Positions 27,261 through 38,346 of a stretch of DNA of 64,000 nucleotides are shown in pieces. The position numbers and the translations under genes were made by a program. Origin of the DNA: Guillardia theta CCMP2712 (Eukaryota > Protista > Cryptophyta). The stretch covers positions 91,557 to 155,556 of the forward strand of contig NW_005434659.1 of assembly GCF_000315625.1 (NCBI RefSeq), read 5' to 3'. Position 1 is the stretch's first letter. Each line of letters begins with the position of its first letter. The notes under the pieces are model-generated. The model searched no databases. It was not told the origin of the DNA and saw nothing but the letters and a program-made list of their open reading frames with translations.

Positions 27261-30133
27261 ATGAGGCACCGGCAGCTGCTGCGCCAGCTGCTGCTCTGCT
27301 CCAAAGCCTACAGGGTCCTCAGCCCTCCCATCCTCCTCCTCCTCCTCCTCCTTGTCGTCTCTCGCTGCTTCCTTGATCTAGGGGAACAGCACCCTCAGCA
27401 TGAGCAGGGGAGTAGCGGGGAGTTCAGCACCCCGAAGATCGTCCTGACGTCTCCAGCTGAGGAGAGGGCATCAGAGCAGGTCAACGAGATTGGAGGACCG
27501 GGCGAGAAGAAGCATGAGGAGAATGAGCAAGAGCATAAGATTAACGTCAGTCAGAGAGGAGGACTGTTTGTTCCCACCTACGGCGAGATCACCGGTAACA
27601 CCCCCTAGGGATCAATGATTGGATTCCATGTGTCTTCCTAGTACCTTGATTAGATTCTATATGTGTCTTCCTAGTACCTTGATTAGATTCTATATGTGTC
27701 TTCCTAGTCCCTTGATTAGATTCTATATGTGTCTTCCTGGTCCCTGGGCATGGTCTGACTTTTCTTGTCTCTTCGATTGCTGGAATGACAGATAGCTTCC
27801 TGGAGAGACAGGTCAGCTCTGCCTCTATGTATAGAATTCTCTGATCCGTTAGTCACAGAGAACCCTAGGGCCGAGAATTCTAGCCGAGGATGTCTTCTTT
27901 AAAGCGGAAAATCATGGTTCGCAGGTGGGAGGATACGAGTGTTCTTGATGAGGTGTAAGAGATAGTCTTGAACGCGCTGCACTGTCCAGGTCCTTGTGCA
28001 CACTCTCCTTGCAACAAACCTGGCGTTGAAGGAGATCGACGTGAGCTGGGTAACTCAGCTCACGTCTGACCGCCTGGATGGCTTCAAAGCGATGATGGCG
28101 AGGCGAGCAAACTCTTGCTCATCGGCTTCATCGTGAGGGCGCATGCAGGTGGAAGGGCCCCATATCAGCCACGTTGTACTGCAGAGAACTGCAGCGGGAC
28201 CTCGACCTCATTCGGCCGCTTCGCGACAGGGTGAGATGAGTGGGGGAGGAGAAAATTAAGGTCATGACGATGAGATTTCAGGTTGACTTCCATCTCGTCC
28301 TGGCAGATCTACATCCTGGCAGGTCTGTCAGTGATTGCAAGACGACAGGTGACGACGTTGCTGACGCTGGCTCAGGCTCTACCCAGTGAACACCTTGAGG
28401 AATCTGGCCATGGATAAGGTGAAGCACTTCTTCAGCCTCTGCAGTTGACAGTCTTGGTGCCAGTGTCGAACTCAGTGGATGGTGTTGGTTGACGCAGACT
28501 TCGTGCCAAACGATGACGTATACGACCTGCTGCTGCCGCGTCTCGAAGTTTGCCTTGTTTCTCTGGTATCGTTCTGTAAGCCCAGTCGCAGCCATGGGGA
28601 AAGACAGGAGGCAACGAAATTTACGTGCTTCCCGCCTTCCAAATGCAAGACAAAGGTTGCTGCCGAACTGAACGAGGTTGAACCTGAAAGAGGAGCAGAG
28701 AAAGGCATACCTCGAAACAAGATGGAACTCCTGTCACTCGGTCCGGCCGTCAGTCAGGTCAGTCGACGACTCTGCGATAGAAACACTCACTTGGCCACGT
28801 GGCAGGTTCATCCAGAGAAAGGGAGGGACATCGCTCACAAGTACACAGACTATGAGAGATGGAGAGTGTCGGTGACAACTTTCCTTGTCCCTCCCGCCGA
28901 CCTCTGAGCAGCCATCGCAGAGTGAGATCTACGAGATTCAGTATAGAATGCCTTACGAGCCATACTATGTCGCCAACAAGCGGATCCCAAGGTTTGAGGC
29001 TCCCAAATGATGCGATGAAGAGTAAGCGGGGTGTGAAGATATGAAAGCGCATTCGTGGGCTATGGAAATGACAAGACGGGTCAGTGCTATGAGGTGTGGA
29101 GGTCCAGAATGAAGTACAAGGTAGTGCAGGTTGAGAACAGCGCACTGAAAGACTGACATCTGTAGATTTTGCCGGATTGTTTTGTCTTCCACATGGACCA
29201 TCCTCGGGGGGACTGGCTCAAGTTTGACACAGAGTGAGGAGGGAGTATCTTTCAATCCTTTCAATGAGCTGGACCGCAGGTGGATCATTCGTGGGCCATC
29301 AACTCTGGAGACCTTCTTGAAGGAAGTTCATGGTACGGGCAGAGCTTGTCCACTGCGATGTGCTGACGTGGGTGATGGTATCAGTGCGATACACGGGAAA
29401 CAAATCAACTCCACACGAGGCGGGGGTGAATCTGCATGTGATAGCAGGTAAGAATGTGCCTGCCCTCTCCAACTACCTTGAGACGCCCTGTAGGGGAGCA
29501 GGGGGAGAGCTGCGAGGACGCATGTCTGAAGAGAAACCTCAGCTGCCGGTGAGCTGGTCCCTTACGGGAGGAGCTGGTTGACAATAATCGTAGAGCGGAG
29601 CATGGACTAGAAGTGAACGACTGCGAGGTGAGAAGATGTTCTTGTTTCCTCCTGGTTCACTTCTCCTGTGCCCTTAGAGGGTCAAAGAAGCCCTAGGGGG
29701 ACTTTGTGAGGGATCGTGCAGGTAGTTGGTTCCTCGTTCTCACTTAGATAGCTACTTAAGAGATTATACAGCCAGGCGTTGTTCGGCAACGACCTTCCAG
29801 CCTTCAACCACAAGTACAACATGGTGATGCTTCGTGCTAAGGGAGGAGGTCGTTGCCTGATGACGTCATCAATTTCAGTGTCTGGTGAACCAGAAGCCCG
29901 GGGAGTACCCGCTGTCCTGCCGGATCAGACAGGTAGACCTGCTCGCTACCTTCTCGTCCTCTGATAGCCGCAGCCGGACTCGAATCGCGTTTGTCCCTGT
30001 GGGGAGAAGTAGGTGCGAGGATGCTGCTGCTGCATGTGATACCTGGCGCAGGCTAGAGCAATGGCTGACGGAGCATTGGGTGGAGGAGATAAAGAACAAG
30101 GTGAGCGACATGAAACGCACAAACACGCGCTGA
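27261..30133 (+). CDS. Type II membrane glycosyltransferase, GT49 (LARGE/B4GAT1-like), with a C-terminal extension
   Basis: N-terminal TM (PILLLLLLLVVS). DVSWVTQLTSDRL..MMARWKGPISATLY, YPVNTLRNLA, DxD motif LVDADFVP, PRNKMELL, HKYTDYERW, YEPYYVA, FVGYGNDK, HMDHPR. The 3' end is approximate. Confidence 0.85.
27628..27745. repeat. 33-bp intronic minisatellite, about 3.5 copies (atgtgtcttcctagtaccttgattagattctat)
   Basis: Copies start at 27628, 27661 and 27694, with a partial copy at 27727. Confidence 0.92.
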
Positions 30134-30389
30134 GAAGCACTGAACATGTCTCCCTGCCAGAGTCTGGAAGAGTTTCAGTTGACATGGTTCAAGTGAGGTC
30201 CAAGCAGCCTTCTTATTGTTTTAATACAGCCAATCAAAATCACATCATCGTACAGATAATATCACACTTTCACGCAAAATCTCAACAGAAAATCCTCAAA
30301 AAGAAAAAAATCGTCACTAGAAGCAGCTCCCGGAAACTCTGAAACACTGATATGAGTATAACGACAACAACAGGATCGCGGGTAGAGGT

Positions 30390-32330
30390 TCACCTTCCTC
30401 CCGTGGTTAAGATGTCTGGAAGATCCCATAGGTTGCCCTTAGGCTCCTCCAGGAATGGACAAGACTCGGCCTGACGGGCTGTGCTCTGTCCTTTGCCACT
30501 GAGCCCGTTGATAGACGAGGCGATACCCTCAGTGAGGGAGAACGAGCCGCCGAGCATGGAGAGCTCAGCATTGCTGCCGGGGAATGGACGTTGGATGGGA
30601 GAAGCTAGAGCCTTGGACGGGAATCCAGACGCCATTATGCTCGAAGAACCGAGGTCAGCTACAGACATCTGCGGCATGGCAGAGCTGCAGATATGAAGAT
30701 CAGGTCCACATACTAGGGCAAGGAGAAACATACATGGCCATGCTGGAGCCCCTTATAGGATGCGATCTGCTCCGTGAAGCTCCGAAGGGACTCTCGTAAG
30801 CAAACTGTCTTCTCAAGTCTGACGCTGAGTTGATCTTCCACTGACAAGTCTGCCCGCTGCTGTCAGCGCTGGGGGGCAGATAGCAGATCCCCGAGCCTCA
30901 CCTTGTTATCAAAGTAGTAGAGGGGTGGAGTGAGCATTGCGTTTGGCGTCATGGCAATCTCTGCATCGAAAATCCCCCGATCTCGTTTCATGCCGATCCT
31001 GTACAAGTCACAACCCATCAGTCTCACCCCTGGCAATACGTTTCCTCACCTGTTCTCCAGGTGATCACTGAACAAGTGTGAGTGTCCACCCAGTGCTTCA
31101 GCACTGAACAGACTAGTCTGAAGGGGCTTCTCGGGTATGTACTTGGTCTTTGACGTCTCGATCCCTCGCTGGTCTATACCGTTACGATAGTAGGCGATGC
31201 CGATGGGCCCGATGGCCTTCTCGAAGGGCATGCCGGACTGGAGGGCCTCGTTGTACGAGGACTGCAGGAGGTTGTTGGCGAGCTGATGGAATGGGGTCTT
31301 TTCGTGGTAGCTCCTGTTCGTTACCGTGTGCCAGTGAGCCGCGTTGGCACATCCAACAAGGTTCCCTATGGGCCTCCCCGTAGCCTCACAGTTGCAGCAG
31401 GTGCGGCACCAGAGCTGAGCGTATCGACCAGCCTTGGGGGACTCAATGATGCGATGCCTTCCCGTGCAGCCTATGACGAGCTCCGTGTCTCTCTTGTAGC
31501 GATACCTTGAGGGCTCCGCCTTCCACTCGCTAGTCCGGGGAACAAAGTTGTAGGTAAGGCTCTTCTCGTTACCCCTGTTCACGTCGGCTCGTATAATAGT
31601 TTCGTTGCAGCCTGTGAGCAGGGTTCAACGGCAGAGACTACCATCCTCTCTCTCTCTCTACATACCATGACAGGGGCAGGAGGACGGGATCAAAACGTCA
31701 ATATCATGGCTGGGCTGAAAGAAAGTGAGAAGCAGCGCCATGGGAGATATTGTTCAGGAGTTTACCGCTGATTCGTCGATGCTCTTGTCTGTTCCCAAAG
31801 TTGGAGTAGGGCATCCCTGATAGAAGCCAGGCAGGTAAGCTCCCTCACCACTTGATAGGGGAGTGAAGGCGGACCTGATTCAGGGCAAGCAAGTGGGTAA
31901 ACCCTCGTCGAAAGTGCATGCATCCTTGCTGCTTGCAAGACTTGCAATGAGGCATCATGGCGATGTCCGGCATCTGCCATGCCTGACCAGAGGTCTGGTC
32001 TCTGCTCTGAGCTCTGTCCATCTCAACCATCAGCTCGGTCATGAAATTCAAACCCAACTCCGAGGACAAGAAGCAACTCCTTCAAGTCACTTGGATCACC
32101 AGCAATTCGAAACTTTCCTGTGAAGCAATGCTCGCATGTGCTTCTCCTCTGTACCAGTCCTTCGAATCTTTCTGATCATCGCCTTCTTGTCTCCTCCCTT
32201 CCTCTTCTTTTCCCCTCTCCCCTCGTCGCTCCATCCATCGCCGACCTCCTCGCCATACCCAGGCAGTTGCTACCTCGCGACCCCCTCTCCGGTAGTAAAT
32301 TCGAAAAGCCGCAAGATCGCGATGGTTCAT
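30390..32330 (-). CDS. Multi-exon hypothetical protein with Cys/His clusters
   Basis: Coding-like exons (31046..31582, 31845..32069, 30390..30731) separated by short introns; motifs HCKSCKQQGC, CPCHG, CRTCCNC..C..H.H..H. No family recognised. Confidence 0.55.
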
Positions 32331-32410
32331 TCGACTCCTTCTGTTTAACCCCTACCCTCTTTCAGAGGTATTTATAGGGGGTGGCAGGGGGAACAGGCGT
32401 AGAAGAAGTC

Positions 32411-33270
32411 TCATTTCGATCTCATCGGAGAGGTCAAAGCGAGTGAAGGATCGAAGAACCAGATGCACGCAGCCCTGAGAGCGAAAGATGGTACATGATG
32501 CACCTGAAAGCACAAGAGCTGATAGACCGACTGACCGTCACCCATCCAATGTCCTTTGTCTTCCTGCCATGTGCTGAGAAGCAGCAGAAGCAGCGATGTT
32601 TTGCAGTGAGAAGAACACAACCACAGTATCTGAAATGATCCTATGTGAGCGGACGTTACGTCTGAGATCAAATGAACTGAAGGTTGGTCCCATGCTGAAG
32701 CGATGAGCAATGATTCTTGATAGAATCAGAAAGCTTGTTGCTTCAATCAGGTTCTCAAAGTTTCCGTCTCAAGCACAGCGAAGAGAGAGGAGAGGACGTG
32801 CAACCTTGTTGCCATCGGTTTCAATGGGTCAACAACAACAATCATATCGTCAAATGTACTCATTAAACTTTGTATTCCACATTGTTTAACCAACAAATAC
32901 CCACCTCCAAATCCTTCTTCATAAATAGTTCGGGGCACGTGTCCAATAATCTACACACTTAATGCCTTACGTTCGGAGTGACAGTGTGTGTTGCCTCAGT
33001 CATTCAATCCAACCTTGCCCGACAGACTATCCTTGCTGTTTGTATCCTGGCCACCATAGTCCTCATCCAGCATCTCACTTTTGCACAAAAACGCAGGCCA
33101 TCACCTTCAGTCCTCCCCGTGTTGCGGCCATCGCTCTCCTACTCCCCTCCTCGCAGTCTCCATTGCTGCAGGAGCTCACTGATATTCTAGACCTTCCTCG
33201 GATATCGCTGACATGCCACAACCTCGCCATCCTCTGACGACAACGTCCGTCGCTCTCCGTCTTCCACCAT
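32411..33270 (-). CDS. Possible small multi-exon hypothetical protein
   Basis: Short ORFs (32747..32938, 32411..32710) with intron-like gaps and an upstream G-rich tract. No motif recognised. Confidence 0.25.
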
Positions 33271-33538
33271 CAAAACTTGTTTGTCCACTCAACGTCCCTT
33301 GGCCCTCCTCAACCTTGATAGTGCGAAGATGGGGTGGGGGTGATTACTCGTAGGGTCCATGGGGTATTTTGTTATGAGTTTTGCACGTTAACTAGTGGGT
33401 AGGTTGTCAAAGTACCCCCATTTTCAGGGGTGGTGTGTCCCCAGAACCCCTTATAGGGAGAAGAGACACGTGAGATCACCCCCACTAACCCCTCTATTTT
33501 CCTTGTTTCCAGGGGGTAGGGGTACAGTCGTTCAAGGG

Positions 33539-35871
33539 ATGAGCATGCAGGCGGCAGTGAGCAAGGAGTTGGCGACGCTGACGCTGCCGGCCATGGTGGA
33601 GCAGCACGTTAGCGCCATGATAGCTGGAGCGCTAGAGGAAGGAGTGAGGACGAGGCAGCTGGTGTCTCTCCTGCTCCCCTTGCTCGCTGACTCTTCCATC
33701 GAGGAAGAGCAGCTCAGCACTGTGTGCCACAACATACATGCCAGCTGCTACCCCAATCAGGGAGACGATGACGATGCGGAGGAGCTGGACTACCTCGTTG
33801 ACTGTAGGGGCGTTATTCTAGCTTATGCGGGAAAGACTCTCCTGAAACCTACGAACTTGCAGCTCCTCCGCAACCATAGGTACGGAGTTGTAGGCAACAA
33901 TGGAGTCGGCAAGACCACTCTTCTCAACCGTATCGCGTCGAGAGAGGTGTCCAACTTCCCTCAGAACATCAAAGTTCTCTACATTCAGCACGAAGTTTAC
34001 GTGGACTTGGACTGCACAGTCGTTGACTTCATGGAGCAGCAGCAAAGGACCGAGGGAACGGACAAGAAGCTCATCCAGGACGCGCTGGCCTCCATCGGCT
34101 TCACTGAGGAGAGAATGGCGTCACCAGTTGCCGAGCTGTCTGGAGGATGGCGTATGAAGCTTGCCATCGCCACTGCTGTGACACAGAAGTGCGACCTCCT
34201 CCTCCTTGATGAGCCGACCAACCACTTGGATGCCGCTTCGAGAGCCTGGCTCGCCGACTATCTTGTCACTCTGACAAACACAACTGTCTGCATTGTTTCT
34301 CACGACTATGAGTTCCTCGGCAAGACATGCACAGACGTCATGCACATCGCCAACCTCCAGCTCACTTACTACGGGGGAGGGTTCGCCAACTTCGCCATGA
34401 ATCGCCCTGACGTCATGGAGGCTCTTCCTTCCATGACGGAGAGCGGAGCTAGCGCCGTCATCACTCTCCCCGATCCTGGGAAGCTGGACGGAGTGAAGTC
34501 GAAGACGAAGCCTGTGGTGGAAGCGAAAGACTTGACCTTCTACTATCCCAACTCCGACAAGCCCACACTAGACAAGGTCAACGCAAAGTTGTGTGTCAAG
34601 AGCAGAGTTGGGCTCCTAGGAGTGAACGGGGCGGGCAAGACGACGCTGCTGCGCTTGCTGGTGGGAGATGCTGCTGTTGATCAGGGGACAGGGAAGCACG
34701 TGGGAGAGATCGCGAGGCACCAGAACCTGCGTGTGGCCTACATCGCTCAGTCGTCGATGCATCACTTGGAAGAGCATCTTCACATGAAGCCTTGGCAGTA
34801 CGTGCAGGAGAGGTTTCGTACCGGTCTAGACAAAGAGGTGAGGTCTACTTGCGCCTGTTGCTCGCCGAGTTGTGAGGATGGGACCTGACTTGTGCGCGCA
34901 GTTGGCGAAGCGTGAGACGATGAGGCTAACGCCGGAGGAGGAGGCGCTGAGGAACAAGATCGGAAACATCAAGGATATCGTTGGTCGTGCGATTCGTGGA
35001 GGAGAACTGAGCTACGAGACTGTGAGAGCTGGGAGAGAGGACGACGGGACGTTCTGGGAGCCCTTGGGGTCGATCAAGAGGAAGGTGAGTTAGCGAGAAT
35101 GCTGTATCATGTTCTTGTCTGATGTTTGACCGACAGGACCCGTATGTGATGAAGTTGTGCCTGAACTATGACGCGAAGCTTCAAGCCTACCAGAGTGGAG
35201 CTGAGGTGAGAGCAGAGCTGGGGACAGGCTGGTGTTGACGACCCCGGCAGATCCGGCCATGCACAGAGAGGGAGATCCTGAAGCATCTTGCCGACTTTGG
35301 CCTTTCTCACCGTCTGGCGCAGTCAGGAAGGATCAAGGGTATGTCTGGAGGACAGCGATGCAGGCTGGTGCTTGCTTCTGCTGTGTGGAACAAGCCGCAC
35401 TTGATCGCTCTTGACGAGCCGACGAACTACCTAGACAACGAGACTCTCAATGCTCTTGCTGCTGCCCTGCAGAAGTTCGATGGTGCCATCCTTGTCATTT
35501 CCCATCACCAGAACTTCGTCTCGAGAGTCTGCAATGAGCTGTGGAAGGTCGAAGGAGGCCAAGTGGTTGTTACACAGGTGAGGTCCTTCTCCTCGACCAC
35601 CACATCCTCCTCCTCCTCCTCCTCCTCCTCCTCCTCCTCCTCCTCCTCCTCTCCTCCTCCTCCTCCTCCTCATCATCATCATCATCATAATTATCGCATC
35701 ACTCCCCGTTCTCGTACTGTTGTCTTCTCACACCTGCGGTAGACTGCCAAGGAGGGCCGCTCTCTGCAGCGAGGAGGATCGGACAACAGCTTGTCTAGCA
35801 TGGACCGCATCGACTCTCAGAACAGCCTGGAAACCTCCTCGTCCGTCAACTCGATGGAGGATGGAAAGTAA
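33539..35871 (+). CDS. Soluble twin-cassette ABC ATPase, eEF3/New1-like (chromodomain-like insert) without HEAT repeats
   Basis: ABC1: LAYAGKTLL..YGVVGNNGVGKTT, LSGGWRMKLA, LLLDEPTNHLD, VSHD. ABC2: GVNGAGKTT, insert YVQERFRTGLDKE..IVGR..GELSYE..WEP..KL..YD..HLADFGL, MSGGQRCRLVLA..WNKPHLIALDEPTNYLD. No TM segments. Confidence 0.9.
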
Positions 35872-36082
35872 TTGTAATGCTGCCCTCCTCCCTCCTTCAG
35901 CATCCCTGTGGGAGGTTCCGACGCAGAAGCTTTGCCTGTATTGCTGGATTTTTTTGTGCAAAAGAATAAATAGTTCAAACACGGAGAGAAAAAGAGAGAG
36001 AGAGACTTGGAAATTAATGAAGGAGGAATAGAGAAAGCGTGAAAGAACAAAACAACAAGACTTCCAGTCGGGCCCCGCGACG

Positions 36083-37291
36083 TTACAAGGGGATGGAGTA
36101 CTCATAAACGACATGGTCTGAGAGGTTATCAGAGATTCTCTTCTCCGACACTCCCAACATTGACACGTGCATTTGCTCGTCATCCATGGCGATGGACAGG
36201 AAGCCATGGCCGACGTGTATCTTGACCAGGGTCGCCTTGCTCGCCTGTGTCGCTCTCAGAGACTGATCGACGCTGTCCTTGAGCGTTGGATGCAGGTCGT
36301 ATCCTCCAGCACCGTTGACGAAGAAGTGAGGGAGGGAGCTGTCTCTCACTCGCACATGCTGCATGTTGTGGTCATGCCCTGACAGGTACGCGTGAACTCT
36401 GTGCGACTTGAGCACGGGCAACAGCTCTTCGATGAGGATGTCCGTAGGCCCGTTCCCGCTGAAGCTGAAGACCGGCCAGTGCCCAGCAACGATGCACCAG
36501 CTCCTTCCTCCGTCTCTCCTCCCGCACTGATCCTTGAGTGTCTTCCCCAGCCAAGAGATCATCTCCTGCCGCCTCGCGCTCCCCATATGCCTCACAGCTG
36601 GCATGCCGTCCTTCTCCGACGCCAGGCAGCGGAAGTTTGGCTCCCCCTCCTTTCCGCAGACCCACGTGCACATATCGAGCATAATGAGGAGGAGAGAGGT
36701 GTTTTGTGTGGAGCCAGGGAGGGGAAAGTGAGCAGCCTGGAACGGGCTCATCCTCCACCTGCTCTCCTCTTCCGCGTACTTGTACTCGGCCTGCACATCA
36801 CCCACGCAGTCATGGTTGCCGGGAGTGAGGTACCACGGGACATGAGAGAGCTCTCCTCCTGTGTAGACTTCCTTCCATCCTCTCCTGAGCCGTGCGGTCT
36901 CGTTGCTTCCCTTCAGCCCCCTTGGGTAGGCATGGTCCCCAACAGACACGATGAACTTAGGATGCGCTCTCTTCGACCAGCTTCCCATGAGTGCGGCGAC
37001 AACCTCCTGCGCTTCCTGCCGTCCTTCCTTCTCTTCCTCCCATGGCATCCTCTGCACGCCCCAGTCCCCGATCACTCCGATGTTGAGGAGACCGGTATGG
37101 AAAGGTGGACCGAGGTGACGGGGACGGGCCAGGAGCCAAGACAGCCATGTCGGGCTGAAGATCAGCCACAAGCTGCAGGCAAGAAGGAGCCAGGCTCGGA
37201 GGGGAGGGAGGAGAGGGAAGAGAGGAGTGAGAGAGGACGGCATGGGGAAGATGAAGGGCAGCGGAAGCGACAAGCCACGCGGCGACCGCAT
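36083..37291 (-). CDS. Purple acid phosphatase (ACP5/TRAP-like metallophosphoesterase), intronless, with an N-terminal hydrophobic anchor
   Basis: All five PAP motifs present: GDWG, GDHAY, GNHD, VAGH, GHDH. Confidence 0.92.
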   Translation of the reverse strand: MRSPRGLSLPLPFIFPMPSSLTPLFPLLPPLRAWLLLACSLWLIFSPTWLSWLLARPRHLGPPFHTGLLNIGVIGDWGVQRMPWEEEKEGRQEAQEVVAALMGSWSKRAHPKFIVSVGDHAYPRGLKGSNETARLRRGWKEVYTGGELSHVPWYLTPGNHDCVGDVQAEYKYAEEESRWRMSPFQAAHFPLPGSTQNTSLLLIMLDMCTWVCGKEGEPNFRCLASEKDGMPAVRHMGSARRQEMISWLGKTLKDQCGRRDGGRSWCIVAGHWPVFSFSGNGPTDILIEELLPVLKSHRVHAYLSGHDHNMQHVRVRDSSLPHFFVNGAGGYDLHPTLKDSVDQSLRATQASKATLVKIHVGHGFLSIAMDDEQMHVSMLGVSEKRISDNLSDHVVYEYSIPL

Positions 37292-37540
37292 GGCTGTCGG
37301 GGAGGCTGCGGGGGGTACTGGGTGGATGTTGAGTGAAAAGGGTAGGTAGGGTATGTCGTGGATTGGTGTATGTTGAGAATTTTTGGGGGTGTTTTTAAAA
37401 ATCAGAAAGGTGGTAGGGGTACTCAAAGTACGGGTACTATAACATGTGAGGTGCACAGCCGGGGTCGGTTATTCGAGTCTATGGGGCTATTGGATCAACG
37501 GCAGGGCTCAACAATGTAGCAAGGGCGAGGAAAATATCAA

Positions 37541-37628
<88 letters not shown>

Positions 37629-37862
37629 ATCCTGTGCTTCTGTGCTCCTGTGCTCCTGTGCTCCTGTGCTCCTGTGCTCCTGTGCTCCTGTGCTCCTGTG
37701 CTCTTGTGCTCCTGCTGCTCCTGTGCTCCTGTGCTCCTCCTCCTCCTCCTCCTCGGCTCCTCCTGATCCTGTGCTCCTCGGCTCCTCCTGTTTCTGTGCT
37801 CATACTCATGCTCATACTCATGCTCATGATCTTGCTCATGATCTTGCTGCTCATGCTCATGC
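37541..37862. repeat. Compound microsatellite (CCTGCT, GCTCCTGT, CTCATG/CTCATA units)
   Basis: Directly visible, in the spacer between the divergent PAP and DNAAF5 genes. Confidence 0.92.
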
Positions 37863-38043
37863 TGACTCATCCTCTCCCCCATCGTTCTCATGTCCTGATG
37901 TTCTTGCTGCAGCTGCTTCTTCCTGCCCCTTCTTCTGCTTCTCCTGCCTTCCAACTCCTGCCCGAATCCCTGCCTCTGCTGCTACTCCTGTGACTAACGC
38001 AGCTGCTGCTGTATATGCTCCTGCTCTCATGATCCTACAACTC

Positions 38044-38045
<2 letters not shown>

Positions 38046-38109
<64 letters not shown>
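38046..38109. repeat. (CTG)n trinucleotide repeat, about 21 units
   Basis: Perfect run upstream of DNAAF5. Confidence 0.95.
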
Positions 38110-38112
<3 letters not shown>

Positions 38113-38346
38113 CTGTACCTGTATATGAACCTGAACTCCCTCCTCCTGTTCCTCTTGCTCCACCTGCTCCTATCGTGCGTGTGGTTCCCCAGGCTCGAGA
38201 TCAGACTGCTCAGGCTCAGGCTCAGACCCGGGATCTTTTATCTCTCTCGCGTGCTCCTCGGTTCAACTTTGCCTGCTCCTTACGCTATTGCCCGTGATGC
38301 ATGCTGCCGCTGCCGCCGCTACTCCCTTTGCTGCTATCTGTGTGGG

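Noticed and set aside
27628-27745. 33-bp repeats as a CRISPR array
   Set aside because: The copies are directly adjacent with no unique spacers, they lie inside a spliceosomal intron, and there are no cas genes.
37446-38346. Poly-Leu, RS-repeat and GA-repeat ORFs, and an in-frame CTG extension of DNAAF5
   Set aside because: These frames are open only because the microsatellites lack stop codons. DNAAF5-like sequence begins after 38347.
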